The notes under the pieces: model-generated
Seen by the model: the letters and a program-made list of their open reading frames with translations, nothing else
Told to the model about the DNA's origin: nothing
Database searches by the model: none
DNA from: Proteromonas lacertae
Lineage: Eukaryota
DNA length: 47,734 nucleotides
Assembly: GCA_002245135.1 (NCBI GenBank)
Contig: NGBS01001182.1
Span: 62,001 to 109,734 of the forward strand
Direction: 5' to 3'
Made by a program: the position numbers and the translations under genes
In this document: one piece after another, positions 27,760-39,339 of the stretch
Layout of the letters: each line of letters opens with the position of its first letter
Position numbering within the stretch: the first letter of the stretch is position 1

Positions 27760-28831
27760 TTAAGAACTCAATTTAAGTTTTATATAATCTGTCATTACTA
27801 GAATAATAGTAATTATCACAACAGCAATAGTCTTCTTATCAAAACCTCCTGTTTCAGTTCCTCTTCCAAATGATAATGGCTTGGCTAAAACTCTTCCTAA
27901 TATATCACCAACCATAAAAGTAACAAAACCAAATATAGCATCTAATATATAATGATTTGCTGTTACGATTATAACAAATAAGGTGTATATTGGATGAAGG
28001 GATATTAGAAAAATAAAATAACTATTTGGACATAATGGATAGAGAGAATAAAAACACCATAAACTCCATCCAAAATGTAATGAAGGCATTGCTGCATAAT
28101 AATTACTTCGATCTGCCATTCTCTTACTTTTCCAATTCAAAGGACCACCAAATATTTCTAAACTATCCACAAACGTATAATTCTTATCACATCCTCCATA
28201 ATGATTATCACATGTTGTTAATAATCGAGGAGGCATTAATGGATATACAATGAACCCAATTAAACCAATGGTAGTCATCAACATAAAACTATTTCTTCTC
28301 TTTTGATAATATCTTGGAAATAGAAAAAATAACACAATAATTATTCCAAATGTAATAATACTATGACCTAACACATAATAAACATTGAAGTATTTCATTA
28401 ATGTTGGATAATAAATGAAATAATTCTATTATATAAAAAACATTTAAAGTATAATTTACTTGAATATTCTCTTCTATAAAGAAATGAAAAATTTTCTCAA
28501 TTTTTATAACCTTTAACGCATTATTGTGTGCATATTCAGCTGATACAGCTTCAGATCCAAACATATTTCTTACTTTACCATAACTATACATATAAAATAG
28601 TTTATAAATACATCGAATAGAATCCTCTTACAATAATCATTTCTATTATGAATTGAATTACTAATTTAAATGAAAATTGTGGTATTTCGAAGTTATCAGC
28701 ATACCATTTTCTCACTTTACTTAATTTTGTCTCTTTTAATCTATTATTTTCTATAGATACAGGTAAATAATCATGTTTCTATTACGTAATATTACTAATG
28801 TTACTTTTAACTTTGATTTAATGAATATCAT
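27760..28831 (-). CDS. PAP2_3 family (Aur1/Ipt1 inositolphosphorylceramide-synthase-like) membrane phosphotransferase
   Basis: Four-exon model from ATG 28831. YPLMPPRLL, NYYAAMPSLHFGWSLWC and TANHYILDAIFG catalytic motifs are intact. Confidence 0.88.
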
Positions 28832-29146
28832 TATAGAATAAATAGAAGTGTAGTAAATAAATAGAAATTGTACATTAGTTAAGCCTACTTTTATCAAGTC
28901 AAACCGAACCAATTTTTTTTTAACTTTATATCTTTGTCATAATAATGAGTATAATAAATTAATATTTTAGAAATTTCTATCTTTTTATTTTTTGAAGATT
29001 AATAGATTATAACAATCAACACTAATATAATTCTTGAAATTTCATTCAATTATATTTATAACTGTGATTATTATAATGAATATTATTAAGGAGTAAAATA
29101 AATATAATCTTCATTAACAAATATTATATAAAAGAATGGATATTAT

Positions 29147-30277
29147 CTAATTTTGAATAGATCGATAATCTACCCATTCTTTGTATTTCTCCATTTTTCT
29201 TTCATATTGATGTACAAAACAAGGTTTACTACTATCTTTATTATAAACGAACATATCAGTATGAGGAAAAAATGAATCATCAGGTCTATATAACAAATCA
29301 ACAGCTAAAGTCAAGGCAAAACCATAACCATTTCTATTCATCAATATTGGAATTTCTGTCCAATTTTGAGTATAAAATACATAATTTAAAGTTCCTTGTT
29401 CTGCTGTAGAAATATATTCATGTTTAATAAATGCATTAAATCTCTTAATAAATTTATAAAAATATTTTCTACTTCCAAAAATTGAACCAGAATTCAATAT
29501 TCTACAATTATACACATGAGTGGCGTTTTTGTAGGGATTTACCCAATAACTATCATAACGATCAGCTCCTATACAATAATTTGCATCAGTTTCTTCCACT
29601 AAATATAAATTCGGTTGAATATTCCAAGCGAATGGATTCCATTGAAATATTATATCTCGACAATCCATATATAAAATATGAGAAAATAATTTTCTATATT
29701 GTTTTAAAAAACAGGCAAGTAATGGTACACGGTATATTACCCACTTGTATGATGAGTAGTCCCTATCTGCAACCATACATTTATTTAACATTTCTTTGTC
29801 TATTGGATATTGAGTGTTTAAAGTAGAATAAAATGGCCAATTGTCTTCTACTATTAGTGGAGTTACATTGTACTTCTTAAAATAATATGGAAGATTTGTA
29901 TTATTATAGTTTAAATCTACAAATAAGAAGAGTGAACCATCATAACCTGATTTTCTGGCTGATGTAACAAATACTCTTAGCTTATCCCATCTATATCCAT
30001 AGGCTAAACTAATGATTAATGGATTATTAACTTGAGTAGAATCTGTTGGCTCATATTTAAAATAATGAGCATTTACTACTTTTCCACCTCCCTGTAATAG
30101 TTTGACTGTTATATCTCCTGTTATATTATCAGATTTACAACCATCAGCATTAAAATCGCAAAAGTATTGTTTCTTTTTTGAAAATATAAATCTTTTTATG
30201 CTTTTGTAAAAATTCTTGGGTTTTACATATAACAATACACATATAAATAGAATAAATAAAATTAGGTATATATGCAT
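29147..30277 (-). CDS. Putative GT-A fold glycosyltransferase, type II membrane
   Basis: Intronless 376 aa with an N-terminal anchor. LRVFVTSARKSGYDG, ILYMDCRDIIFQWNPF (DxxD), NSGSIFGS, EQGTLNY and VHQYER motifs. Confidence 0.7.
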   Translation of the reverse strand: MHIYLILFILFICVLLYVKPKNFYKSIKRFIFSKKKQYFCDFNADGCKSDNITGDITVKLLQGGGKVVNAHYFKYEPTDSTQVNNPLIISLAYGYRWDKLRVFVTSARKSGYDGSLFLFVDLNYNNTNLPYYFKKYNVTPLIVEDNWPFYSTLNTQYPIDKEMLNKCMVADRDYSSYKWVIYRVPLLACFLKQYRKLFSHILYMDCRDIIFQWNPFAWNIQPNLYLVEETDANYCIGADRYDSYWVNPYKNATHVYNCRILNSGSIFGSRKYFYKFIKRFNAFIKHEYISTAEQGTLNYVFYTQNWTEIPILMNRNGYGFALTLAVDLLYRPDDSFFPHTDMFVYNKDSSKPCFVHQYERKMEKYKEWVDYRSIQN

Positions 30278-30633
30278 AAATACTTATTGGTTATGATTGA
30301 AGTAAAATTCTATAATTTTCTAAGTCACATATGGTAAATTTACCAAAATCGTGTAATATGTTTAAAATGTTTATGTATTATATTGGTAATAGTTAATATG
30401 TTGGTTTATTTCATTTTCTTTTTGATTATATAATATTTTAGAAGGATAATGATGATTTTTTTGTGTATACAATCTTATCTATGTTTTCTATCTTCGTTTT
30501 TATAACGGGTATTATAAATATAAGTATATTTAATAGATTTACACATATAATTATGTAGAATATATTAATCTAAAATGAAGTTCGTTATAATTTGAGAAAT
30601 TTCTTGAAATTTCATGTAATTATATTTATTACT

Positions 30634-32149
30634 ATGATTAACTATCATTACTCATCTTTTTTTATCTGTGTTATTTTAGTGCTTTTTTCTCCATTATCTT
30701 TTATCATAATTATATTTCTATTTTCTATATCTAATGAATATATTGATTATAATTACAAAAAAGGTTGGAATATTGTCAAAGGTAGTAAAAAGAATAATTA
30801 CGGTATTTTATGTAATAGTAAGCTGATTAATTCAACATATTATGATATTCCAGGTGTTTGTTCCTTAAAATGTGATTTAGTACCAATTCCTTTTCCTTCA
30901 TTATCAAATGATAGTTGTCCAAGTCAAAGAAAAGTAATTGAGATATATAATGAAACTATTATTGCTTTAGAAGATGTAAAAATTGTATTTATTGATACAT
31001 TTTACTATAATTTTAATAAAAATAATCAAATAACTGAATATTTAAAAGTATACTTATAGACTTTTCTTCTTATTAGAAAGGTGAAACAACAAATATTAAA
31101 CATGAATATATTAAAGTTGAAGCAAAAGATGTTGAGGATATATTTCTTCATTTTATTCCTACAAAATTAAACAATAATCATAACAAAAACAAACAATACA
31201 ATATCAATCTCTACTTATTTGACGGATTATCTAGATCAATATTTAATGAAGAAATGAATCATACCATTTCATTTTTGAATTCTATTACTGATGAATTTGA
31301 TATATTTGAGTTTTTTAGATATCACAGTATTGGAGAAAATTCTGAACCTAATTATTTACCAATTTTTTATGGAACAACCATAAAAAAAGCATTTTGGTTA
31401 AATGAAAAAGATGATATAATTAACAAAATATATAAACGCGGTTATAAATCACTTCTTTTCGATCCATTTTTGGATATTAAGACAGAATTCTTTCATCCGC
31501 ATATTAATCATAAAGGATTTGACCATGATTTTCATTTAGCGTTTAACAAAGAATGGATTAAAAGTAGGGTATTTTATTCAAACTTACCTAGATGCATTGG
31601 TAGTAAACAAATTCATCAACATTATTTGAATTACCAAGAAGAAGCGATGAAATATTATCATAACAATAAACAATTAATGTTTTCATTAAATGTATTTATT
31701 GAATCACATGATGTATATAAAATGAACAATATATATCTATTTAGGCAGACTTAATATCTTTAACAAGAGTTGATTGCGATTTTGCTAAACATTTGAGAGG
31801 AATAAAAGAAGTAATGAAAGATTCAATTACTGTTATATTTGGAGATCATGGAATTCATTATGGCAAATTATGGAGAACAGAATATGGTGAAAATGATCGT
31901 GCTCTTCCAGCTATGATAATTATTGTTCCTAAATCATTCTCACAATCATATCCTTCTATTTATAATAGCATGAGAGTAAATCAAAATAGATTTTCAACTC
32001 ATTTTGAATTTCATGAAGCACTTAATGATATAATAAGACTAAATGAAGGTAAATATATAAGCAGTAAGAAATATTCATTATTCAGAAATATTCCAAAATC
32101 TTATTCTTGTGAAAAAGCTAATGTTGATTTTTATTGTGCATGTAGATAA
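30634..32149 (+). CDS. DUF229 (alkaline phosphatase/sulfatase-like) family protein
   Basis: Three exons. FDGLSRS, YHSIGENSEPN, CIGSKQIH, ESHD, VIFGDHGIHYG, NQNRFSTHF and terminal SC..A.V..YCAC motifs. Confidence 0.85.
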
Positions 32150-32177
32150 ATAAAGAAAATTGTTTAAATATACATAA

Positions 32178-33036
32178 TTACATATTTATATCATAAAAAT
32201 GTTGAATTGTAAATGATAATAACGTATAAATTATTATAAAAACTATAAAATCATAAGCCATGATAAATGTAAATGTTATTGTTATAAATAACATCATAGT
32301 TAATATGAATTTAATACAAATATTATCAAAAAGTGGAAATAAAGCCCATACACACCATATCACCCAACTATACAATATGCTTGGCACTTTATAGATAAAT
32401 ATATGAAAAATTGAGCTTAATTTAAACATAATACCATAGCTAGTAATTGTATCAATGAATTTATATTTCAAATTGCAAATACTAAAAACATAATGATAAT
32501 GAAGATGGTTAAATAAATATAAATTGTAAAAAAAGATATTTTAGTTGTACAATTGCATATATAACGAGGCGGATAGTAAGGAAAAAGTAGATATAAAGTA
32601 ACCTCAATAATATTAATTAATAATAATGTATTTCTTGTTTGCTATAATATATATATAAACTAATATACTATGAATCTATTAGGATTGCTGATATATAAGT
32701 AGAGTATTGTTGATAATGTAATAAAAGGAATAGCAATTATATAAAAACTATTTATATAATAATATACAGTAGTTGAAAAAATAACAAATTTTAACTAATG
32801 AAAAATATAACTTCTTAGTATACTTGAAGTGTTTCTTCATAGAATATCAGCAAATATTCTTCAACCTTAATTACCTTATAAATATTATCGATAGAATCTC
32901 TAATGAACGGACGATGAGAAGATGCAAAGCGAGAGAAAAATTCACAACTAAAATAAACAACATATAAATAATACTATATAATCGTTACGATAAATATAGA
33001 TATTTCATTTATAATATTTGTTCTAATATACTTCAT
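32178..33036 (-). CDS. Divergent PAP2_3 paralog lacking catalytic motifs
   Basis: Spliced from ATG 33036. NIYKVIKVEEYLLIFYEETLQ, RNTLLL, FPYYPPRY, YKFIDT and KVPSILYSWVIWCVWALFPL align with the 27760-28831 protein, but PSLH and NHYxxD are replaced. Confidence 0.7.
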
Positions 33037-33176
33037 TTAAATAAAAAGAAAAACTTGTTTAGCTTGACTATTTTCTAGAAAATTCTGAAATACAATAGAA
33101 TTAACAAGTATAATAAATGCAATATCTTAAATATATATATTAATATTTACTATTCAACTACGATAACATCTTTATA

Positions 33177-34030
33177 TTAAAACTTCAAAGCATGATATAA
33201 TTTATTTCTTGTTTCTATTTTATTATTTATATCTTTCCATTCTTTTGAAGTAACCAATGCATTCCACCAACATTTATTACCAATAAATTTATTCGATATT
33301 ATTTTTACAGATAAATGATACACATATGTAATTTCTGGAGTAGCTGCTTCGTTAAGTGTATGTCTTTTCAATTCAAATTGATTATATAAAATATCCAATA
33401 CTTTGTAATTCCATCGAAATATAAATAAAGGACAAGCAAATCTATTCTTCTTTTCATAAAAATTTTCTCTCCAGTCATTGTATTCCTGTGTATAACATTT
33501 ATCCCACCATGTCTTTTTTCTATTTTGTCCATATGGTAATGAAATTACATCGACATTAAAATTATCATAATATTTCAAAAATTTGTTTATATTTCCAGAA
33601 TATCTTGTTCTAAATGCCATAAATATTCAAATTTTAGTTTGGTTTTTCTCGACCATAATACAATATGTTCATGGGAAGATGACCACATATAATAAGAATC
33701 TCTTCTGTTGTAACATTTACTTCCTTGATTCTTCATAGCTGGCCATTTTGATACTACTTCATGTGCTGTAACTAGTTCAATATCAATATCTAATATATGT
33801 AAGGATTTATCGTCTGTTAAAACTATTAACTTATAACAATCATCTAAACTATTTTCCCATTCTATAAATCGATTAATTTGAGATTGAGTAGGATGAGATG
33901 CTCTAACTAATATAACTGCTTTATAAATCACTTCTCTTTTTTCTTTCAAATCTCTTTTATTATTAAACATTTGTTTATTAGAAGAAAACAAGAAAAGAAA
34001 AGAAAAGAAGAACAAATAACAGCTGAGCAT
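33177..34030 (-). CDS. DUF3405-like putative glycosyltransferase (frameshifted near 33605)
   Basis: Two overlapping ORFs join at EYLWHLEQD...YSGNINKF. N-terminal anchor; the C-terminal LYHALKF resembles the family W..E.D..YSG and YHPVK motifs. Confidence 0.55.
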
Positions 34031-34122
34031 GAATATATATTAAAAAAGAAATTAAAATAATTTGAGTATGTTTGAACATTTTCTAGAAATAGTCTATTAA
34101 AGAACCAAACTGTATATTTATA

Positions 34123-34887
34123 TTGTTAACTTTTTGCATCATGATGTTAGTAACTCTACTTCTTATATATTTATATTATCCTCAAGATCAATTAGATGAT
34201 GATTTGTCTAACTACAAGCCATTTCCTCATAAATTCCCAGATTATACTGAACATCCATTTCTGCCTTTTAAGATAAATAGATGTTCATGGTTAAAAAGAA
34301 ATTTTACACCAAAATATAATATGTCTAAGGATGTGCAATGTAAAAAAATAATTAAATATGCTAATTTATTGAATGTAACATATTTTCTTGCATTTGGAAG
34401 TGAGTTACAAGCATATAGAAATAATGGTTTTTACAATGATCATGATATTGATATAATTGTTCCAATATGGTTGAATTCTCATTTATTCAATTGTTCAGAT
34501 TATATTCCAATAAATCGAAATAAATATAAATTTAATAGTGTTTTATTAGATCATTCTTATAAGTTGTGTGGAAGAAGAAGAAGACATTATTTCAAACGTT
34601 TTATAAGATATTTAGACAGGAGTATAGGATATTATGATATAGGATTGTACACTTACACTATGCACACATATGTAAATAGAAAAACACCATTTTTAGATGT
34701 TTGGTTGGTAATGTCAGATGAATATGTTTATGAAGAGTATGATATATGCAAATGCGAATTTTGTGGAATAGAATCATATTGTTTAGAGAATGCAGTTAAA
34801 AATATAATTAGGAATAATGGTGAAGATTTTATGATTCCTAAACTTAAACAAGGTGAAGAACCTTACATAATACCAAAACCAATTTAG
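34123..34887 (+). CDS. LicD/fukutin-family nucleotidyltransferase-fold phosphotransferase
   Basis: YFLAFGSELQAYRNNGFYNDHDIDI motif, LDVW and GEDFMIP, with an N-terminal anchor. The true start may be near 34089 or 34141. Confidence 0.82.
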   Translation: MLTFCIMMLVTLLLIYLYYPQDQLDDDLSNYKPFPHKFPDYTEHPFLPFKINRCSWLKRNFTPKYNMSKDVQCKKIIKYANLLNVTYFLAFGSELQAYRNNGFYNDHDIDIIVPIWLNSHLFNCSDYIPINRNKYKFNSVLLDHSYKLCGRRRRHYFKRFIRYLDRSIGYYDIGLYTYTMHTYVNRKTPFLDVWLVMSDEYVYEEYDICKCEFCGIESYCLENAVKNIIRNNGEDFMIPKLKQGEEPYIIPKPI

Positions 34888-35081
34888 TAATAATCTTGTA
34901 TGTAGTTGAATATTTTCTTATTCGTGTTTATTATTTTTTAATTAGAGAGTTAATAATAAACAATTACTAAATTATCCTGTAAATAATGTACTGTTTATAT
35001 AATTTATTCATCATTCCTTAACGAGTATTATAAATATTACTGTCTTTCACAGAATTATATCTTTTATATTGATTATAACAA

Positions 35082-35987
35082 TTATAAATGATTAGTACAA
35101 TTAGGTGGAAAAGGTAATACTTTATATCCTAAGAATATACTCCAAAAAATCTCTAAAAATACTCCATTTAACCAATTAATATGAATTACTTTTTTGTGAT
35201 ACTCATTTTTATATCTATTATAATATTTTATTGTATGGTTTCTTAAAGAAATGAATAAATTGATGAAATAATTATTATCAAATCTGTCATATACATTAGC
35301 ATCAATGAAAAAACTGGAACAACAAGGGATGATGTATTTTTCTTTTATTAATTCATTCGGTTTTGTTATGTTTAAATGCAGATAGTCTATTTCATCATAG
35401 ACTTTTTGTATGTTATGTGCTGTAACATCAGCATGTGTTCCTTTGCCAAAATAATAATATTCACAATAAAGAGCGCCATATTCTCTTTCTTTAAAGTAAT
35501 CTGTATTAACAATGTAATTAATTCTATCCCATATATTAGTATTGTAATGCCAAGATGTGTTATGATCGTGTATGAAAATGTACTTTTTTGCTAAATGATG
35601 TAACTTTTGTCTATGTATGAATAATAACATCAAACCACCTTCTCTAGAATCTTTCCAATTTGTTTCTCTGCTACAATGTAACATAATTATAGGAAATTTA
35701 CTATTTTTGATATTAAAATCCTTATTTTTAAAGCAATTTGTAGATACTATTAGTATATCATAAGGTGGTTGTTGATATACATACTTTTCAGGTATAAAGC
35801 ATTCATATGTATTATTTGATGCTATTTTATATACTGGATTATCAATAGAACTAGGATATAGTAAGTATATCACTATTGAAATTAATACTATTATTGACAA
35901 AGTGATATAAACATTCAACTTCAACATTAATGAAGTCAAGCCTTTCAAGTTTTTATTACATTTTATTTTAATGCTATTAATATTCAT
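35082..35987 (-). CDS. DUF3431-family putative glycosyltransferase
   Basis: REGGLMLLFI, YIFIHDHNTSWH, PCCSSFFI and FLEIFWSIFLG motifs; N-terminal anchor; intronless. Confidence 0.75.
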   Translation of the reverse strand: MNINSIKIKCNKNLKGLTSLMLKLNVYITLSIIVLISIVIYLLYPSSIDNPVYKIASNNTYECFIPEKYVYQQPPYDILIVSTNCFKNKDFNIKNSKFPIIMLHCSRETNWKDSREGGLMLLFIHRQKLHHLAKKYIFIHDHNTSWHYNTNIWDRINYIVNTDYFKEREYGALYCEYYYFGKGTHADVTAHNIQKVYDEIDYLHLNITKPNELIKEKYIIPCCSSFFIDANVYDRFDNNYFINLFISLRNHTIKYYNRYKNEYHKKVIHINWLNGVFLEIFWSIFLGYKVLPFPPNCTNHL

Positions 35988-36241
35988 GTTATGAAAATTA
36001 TTATAGTGGGTATAGAATACATTTAATAAAATTAACTGTGTTAATAGTATTATTCACTAAAAGGAGTATAATAAATATAACATTCATTAATAAACATATA
36101 AACAAAAATCAAACTCAATCATTATATAAACTGAATGGTGTGGATTAATACATTTTATTTTGATAGATTAAAAAATGATGATAAGAATTTTCTAAAAATT
36201 TCTTAGGTCAATATGTAAAATTTACAAAAGTATGTTACAAT

Positions 36242-37135
36242 ATGTTGTTTTATTTCTTTATTATATTTATGTTTATATATACTTTTGTTTATAATAATTA
36301 TTACTTTGGAGGTAAAGATGAAAATAATTACTATAATTCAACTTATATCTTTGTTACATCCTATTTTTATGCAAAGAAAAATAAACATACAAATTCAGAG
36401 TTTAAAGAATGGATGGTTAATTTCTTTTTACTAATAAATAATTCAATAATAATATTTACAGAGTATAATTCAAAGAAATATATACCCCCTAATAATGGCA
36501 AATATATTATATATAAATCCATATTTGACATTCTTTGTATTTCTAAATATAGACAAATATACTATAAACAGAATGATATTGATCCAGAGAAATATAAAAA
36601 CCATAGTGCAGAATTATATGCATTGTGGAATTCAAAAATATGTCTATTAAAAGAAGCTACTTTGCTATATAATAGATCAGTATATATTTGGATAGATATA
36701 GGAAGTAACAGAAATAAACATTCTTATAATAATTTCCCAGATAAAGAATCAATTGGTTATTTATCCAGTTTAGATTCGATGTTCTTTTTTGCAGTTTATA
36801 ACAGAAAATTAAAGAAGAATAAAGAACCAACACTTATAACAAAAGACTTTTTAGAAGGAGGAACATTTGGAGGTAATAAAAGATCAATTGATGAATATTA
36901 TGATGTATTTTGGAAAGTACATGATTATTTTATGAATAAAGGAGAATTTATAGGTAAAGATCAATCTATTTACAATACCATTCCTGTTTATTATTTAAAT
37001 AACATAACCATATTTCCTGCTTATGGTTTTTATAAGTGTTTTGAATATAACCAATGGTTTAGGTTTTATTATTTTTATGCAGGAGATAAATGTATAATGA
37101 ATAAAGGTGATAAGATTAATAGATATATTTATTGA
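36242..37135 (+). CDS. HtrL/YibB (WlaTC)-family putative glycosyltransferase
   Basis: FVTSYF, IDPEKYKNHSAELYALWNSK, WIDIG, EGGTFGG and GKDQSIYN motifs; N-terminal anchor; intronless. Confidence 0.8.
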   Translation: MLFYFFIIFMFIYTFVYNNYYFGGKDENNYYNSTYIFVTSYFYAKKNKHTNSEFKEWMVNFFLLINNSIIIFTEYNSKKYIPPNNGKYIIYKSIFDILCISKYRQIYYKQNDIDPEKYKNHSAELYALWNSKICLLKEATLLYNRSVYIWIDIGSNRNKHSYNNFPDKESIGYLSSLDSMFFFAVYNRKLKKNKEPTLITKDFLEGGTFGGNKRSIDEYYDVFWKVHDYFMNKGEFIGKDQSIYNTIPVYYLNNITIFPAYGFYKCFEYNQWFRFYYFYAGDKCIMNKGDKINRYIY

Positions 37136-37142
37136 AATATAT

Positions 37143-37630
37143 TATATCCATTAATGCCTCCTCGATTATTAACAACATGTGATAATCATTATGGAGGATG
37201 TGATAAGAATTATACGTTTGTGGATAGTTTAGAAATATTTGGTGGTCCTTTGAATTGGAAAAGTAAGAGAATGGCAGATCGAAGTAATTATTATGCAGCA
37301 ATGCCTTCATTACATTTTGGATGGAGTTTATGGTGTTTTTATTCTCTCTATCCATTATGTCCAAATAGTTATTTTATTTTTCTAATATCCCTTCATCCAA
37401 TATACACCTTATTTGTTATAATCGTAACAGCAAATCATTATATATTAGATGCTATATTTGGTTTTGTTACTTTTATGGTTGGTGATATATTAGGAAGAGT
37501 TTTAGCCAAGCCATTATCATTTGGAAGAGGAACTGAAACAGGAGGTTTTGATAAGAAGACTATTGCTGTTGTGATAATTACTATTATTCTAGTAATGACA
37601 GATTATATAAAACTTAAATTGAGTTCTTAA
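37143..37630 (+). pseudogene. 5'-truncated copy of the PAP2_3/IPC-synthase-like gene
   Basis: Only the C-terminal ~160 codons (MPPRLL...KLKLSS), identical to 27760-28247; no upstream exons. Confidence 0.85.
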
Positions 37631-38008
37631 TATAATTATATTATTTATTTCTATATCCTACTTTAATATAGAACCCTTTCACATCATTATTGTTAAAATC
37701 ACCATCTTGTGTTAATTAATAACGAGTATAACAAATATAGTTATTTTTAAAAAATATAAAAACCAATATCACTTTAAATAGAATGAAAATAGAAAATAAT
37801 TTCTAGAATATTCTAGGAATCAATCAAATCAAATCAATGAATTTGACATATTGACAGTATTTATTGAATTTCATTATAATAAATGATATGAAATGAAGTT
37901 GAGGTTGCCATTGTTTTATTCGATTAGTATATAACCATTTTGAAGAATAAATGTCTTTTAAAAATAATTATATGAATTATACTCGTTATTATATCAACAA
38001 ACAATTAT

Positions 38009-38980
38009 TCAGTAAGCTGATTTAAAATTATAATGACATATATTTCTAACTGTTAAATTCTTTATGAAATGTAAATGAATAAAAGCAATTTCTGATATTT
38101 TGAGATGATGAACTATCAACAGATTATCAGAGAATTTCAACTCTTTAGGAGGATTTAGATATGATAATAGATTATAACATTTATTAGAATCTATTAGTTT
38201 TATCTTATTATTGTTTTGTATTAATTTACCAGTAAAGAAGTCTTCAGGATAACCAGGATATGTTTTCTTTATTAATTCATCACCCACTTTATTCATTTCA
38301 CTTATTATTTTGGATGGAAATATATAACACATTCCACTTGCATAAGCGATTCTGTATCTTGTAAAACAAAAGAAACATTCATCAAATACATATCCCATCA
38401 TAAAACTATTATTATATTTTAAAGATATTGATTTAATTTTATCAAGAAGAAGTGGTATATTCAGAAATGTATCACTATCTTGTTTTATTATATATTTATA
38501 CATATGTTTATGTCTTTCTATCCATTTTAAGAAATTATATGTTTGAATATGTAGTGTTTGATAAGAAGTAGTAAAATTGAATATTACCATATCTTTATAT
38601 ATCATACTCTCTTGAATTATTCTGCCATTTATTAAATCATTATCTGTTAAACCCAAGAAGAATAATAATTGGACTTTTTCATAATTCTTATATAATTTTC
38701 TATAAACATATCTATCGTAAAACATAGTAGAATACACTTGAACACCTATCAACATTAAACTTCTCTTTATCACTGTTTCACCTATAATATCACTAATATA
38801 CATTTTTGGATATTTTACTGACTTTTTTGTCCATTTATCTAATGGCACATATTTTCTATTTGATAAAATACACTTAGAATGATTATAACTAGATTCTACA
38901 ATCAATAACTCATCACACAGTTTTTGACTATAACAATAAGAAAATCGGATAAAATATAGTATTAATAACAAATATATCAT
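38009..38980 (-). CDS. GT31 galactosyltransferase, second identical copy
   Basis: 323-aa translation identical to 26410-27381. Confidence 0.9.
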   Translation of the reverse strand: MIYLLLILYFIRFSYCYSQKLCDELLIVESSYNHSKCILSNRKYVPLDKWTKKSVKYPKMYISDIIGETVIKRSLMLIGVQVYSTMFYDRYVYRKLYKNYEKVQLLFFLGLTDNDLINGRIIQESMIYKDMVIFNFTTSYQTLHIQTYNFLKWIERHKHMYKYIIKQDSDTFLNIPLLLDKIKSISLKYNNSFMMGYVFDECFFCFTRYRIAYASGMCYIFPSKIISEMNKVGDELIKKTYPGYPEDFFTGKLIQNNNKIKLIDSNKCYNLLSYLNPPKELKFSDNLLIVHHLKISEIAFIHLHFIKNLTVRNICHYNFKSAY

Positions 38981-39339
38981 ATTCTAATATGGTTAAATTA
39001 CAAAATAAATAAATTGAAATGAAATTGAAACGACTAGATTTTTAGAAATAAATTCTTTAATTATTATAATAGAACTACAAATTAAGTAAATCACATTGAT
39101 AAAGTTAAAATCATACTACATATTAATTATTATATTATATAAACAAATATTTTATAAATGTTAATTATATTATTCCCATCTTATATAAAACCTAAACATT
39201 AAAGATTATGAAGGTAGTTTTAAATTTTAATTATTTTAAAAAGGAATATATTTGCAAATAATAATAAAGAAACAAAAACAACAATTTGATATAAAGAGTA
39301 ATTTTAATTAGATAGATATTGTTTTAAAAAATACACTAT

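Larger units (their letters stand above)
26316..28247 (+). repeat. Left arm of a 1,932-bp inverted duplication (partner 37143-39074)
   Basis: Position i pairs with 65390-i at both boundaries and at ORF ends. The translated ORFs in the two copies are identical. Confidence 0.97.
37143..39074 (-). repeat. Right arm of the 1,932-bp inverted duplication (partner 26316-28247)
   Basis: Reverse complement of 26316-28247. It begins 8 nt after the stop codon of the HtrL-like gene. Confidence 0.97.

Noticed and set aside
26316..39074. The 1.9-kb inverted repeats as TIRs of a giant transposon
   Set aside because: No target-site duplication at the outer flanks (ATCTA vs CTACA), no transposase inside, and the arms consist of ordinary gene sequence cut mid-gene.
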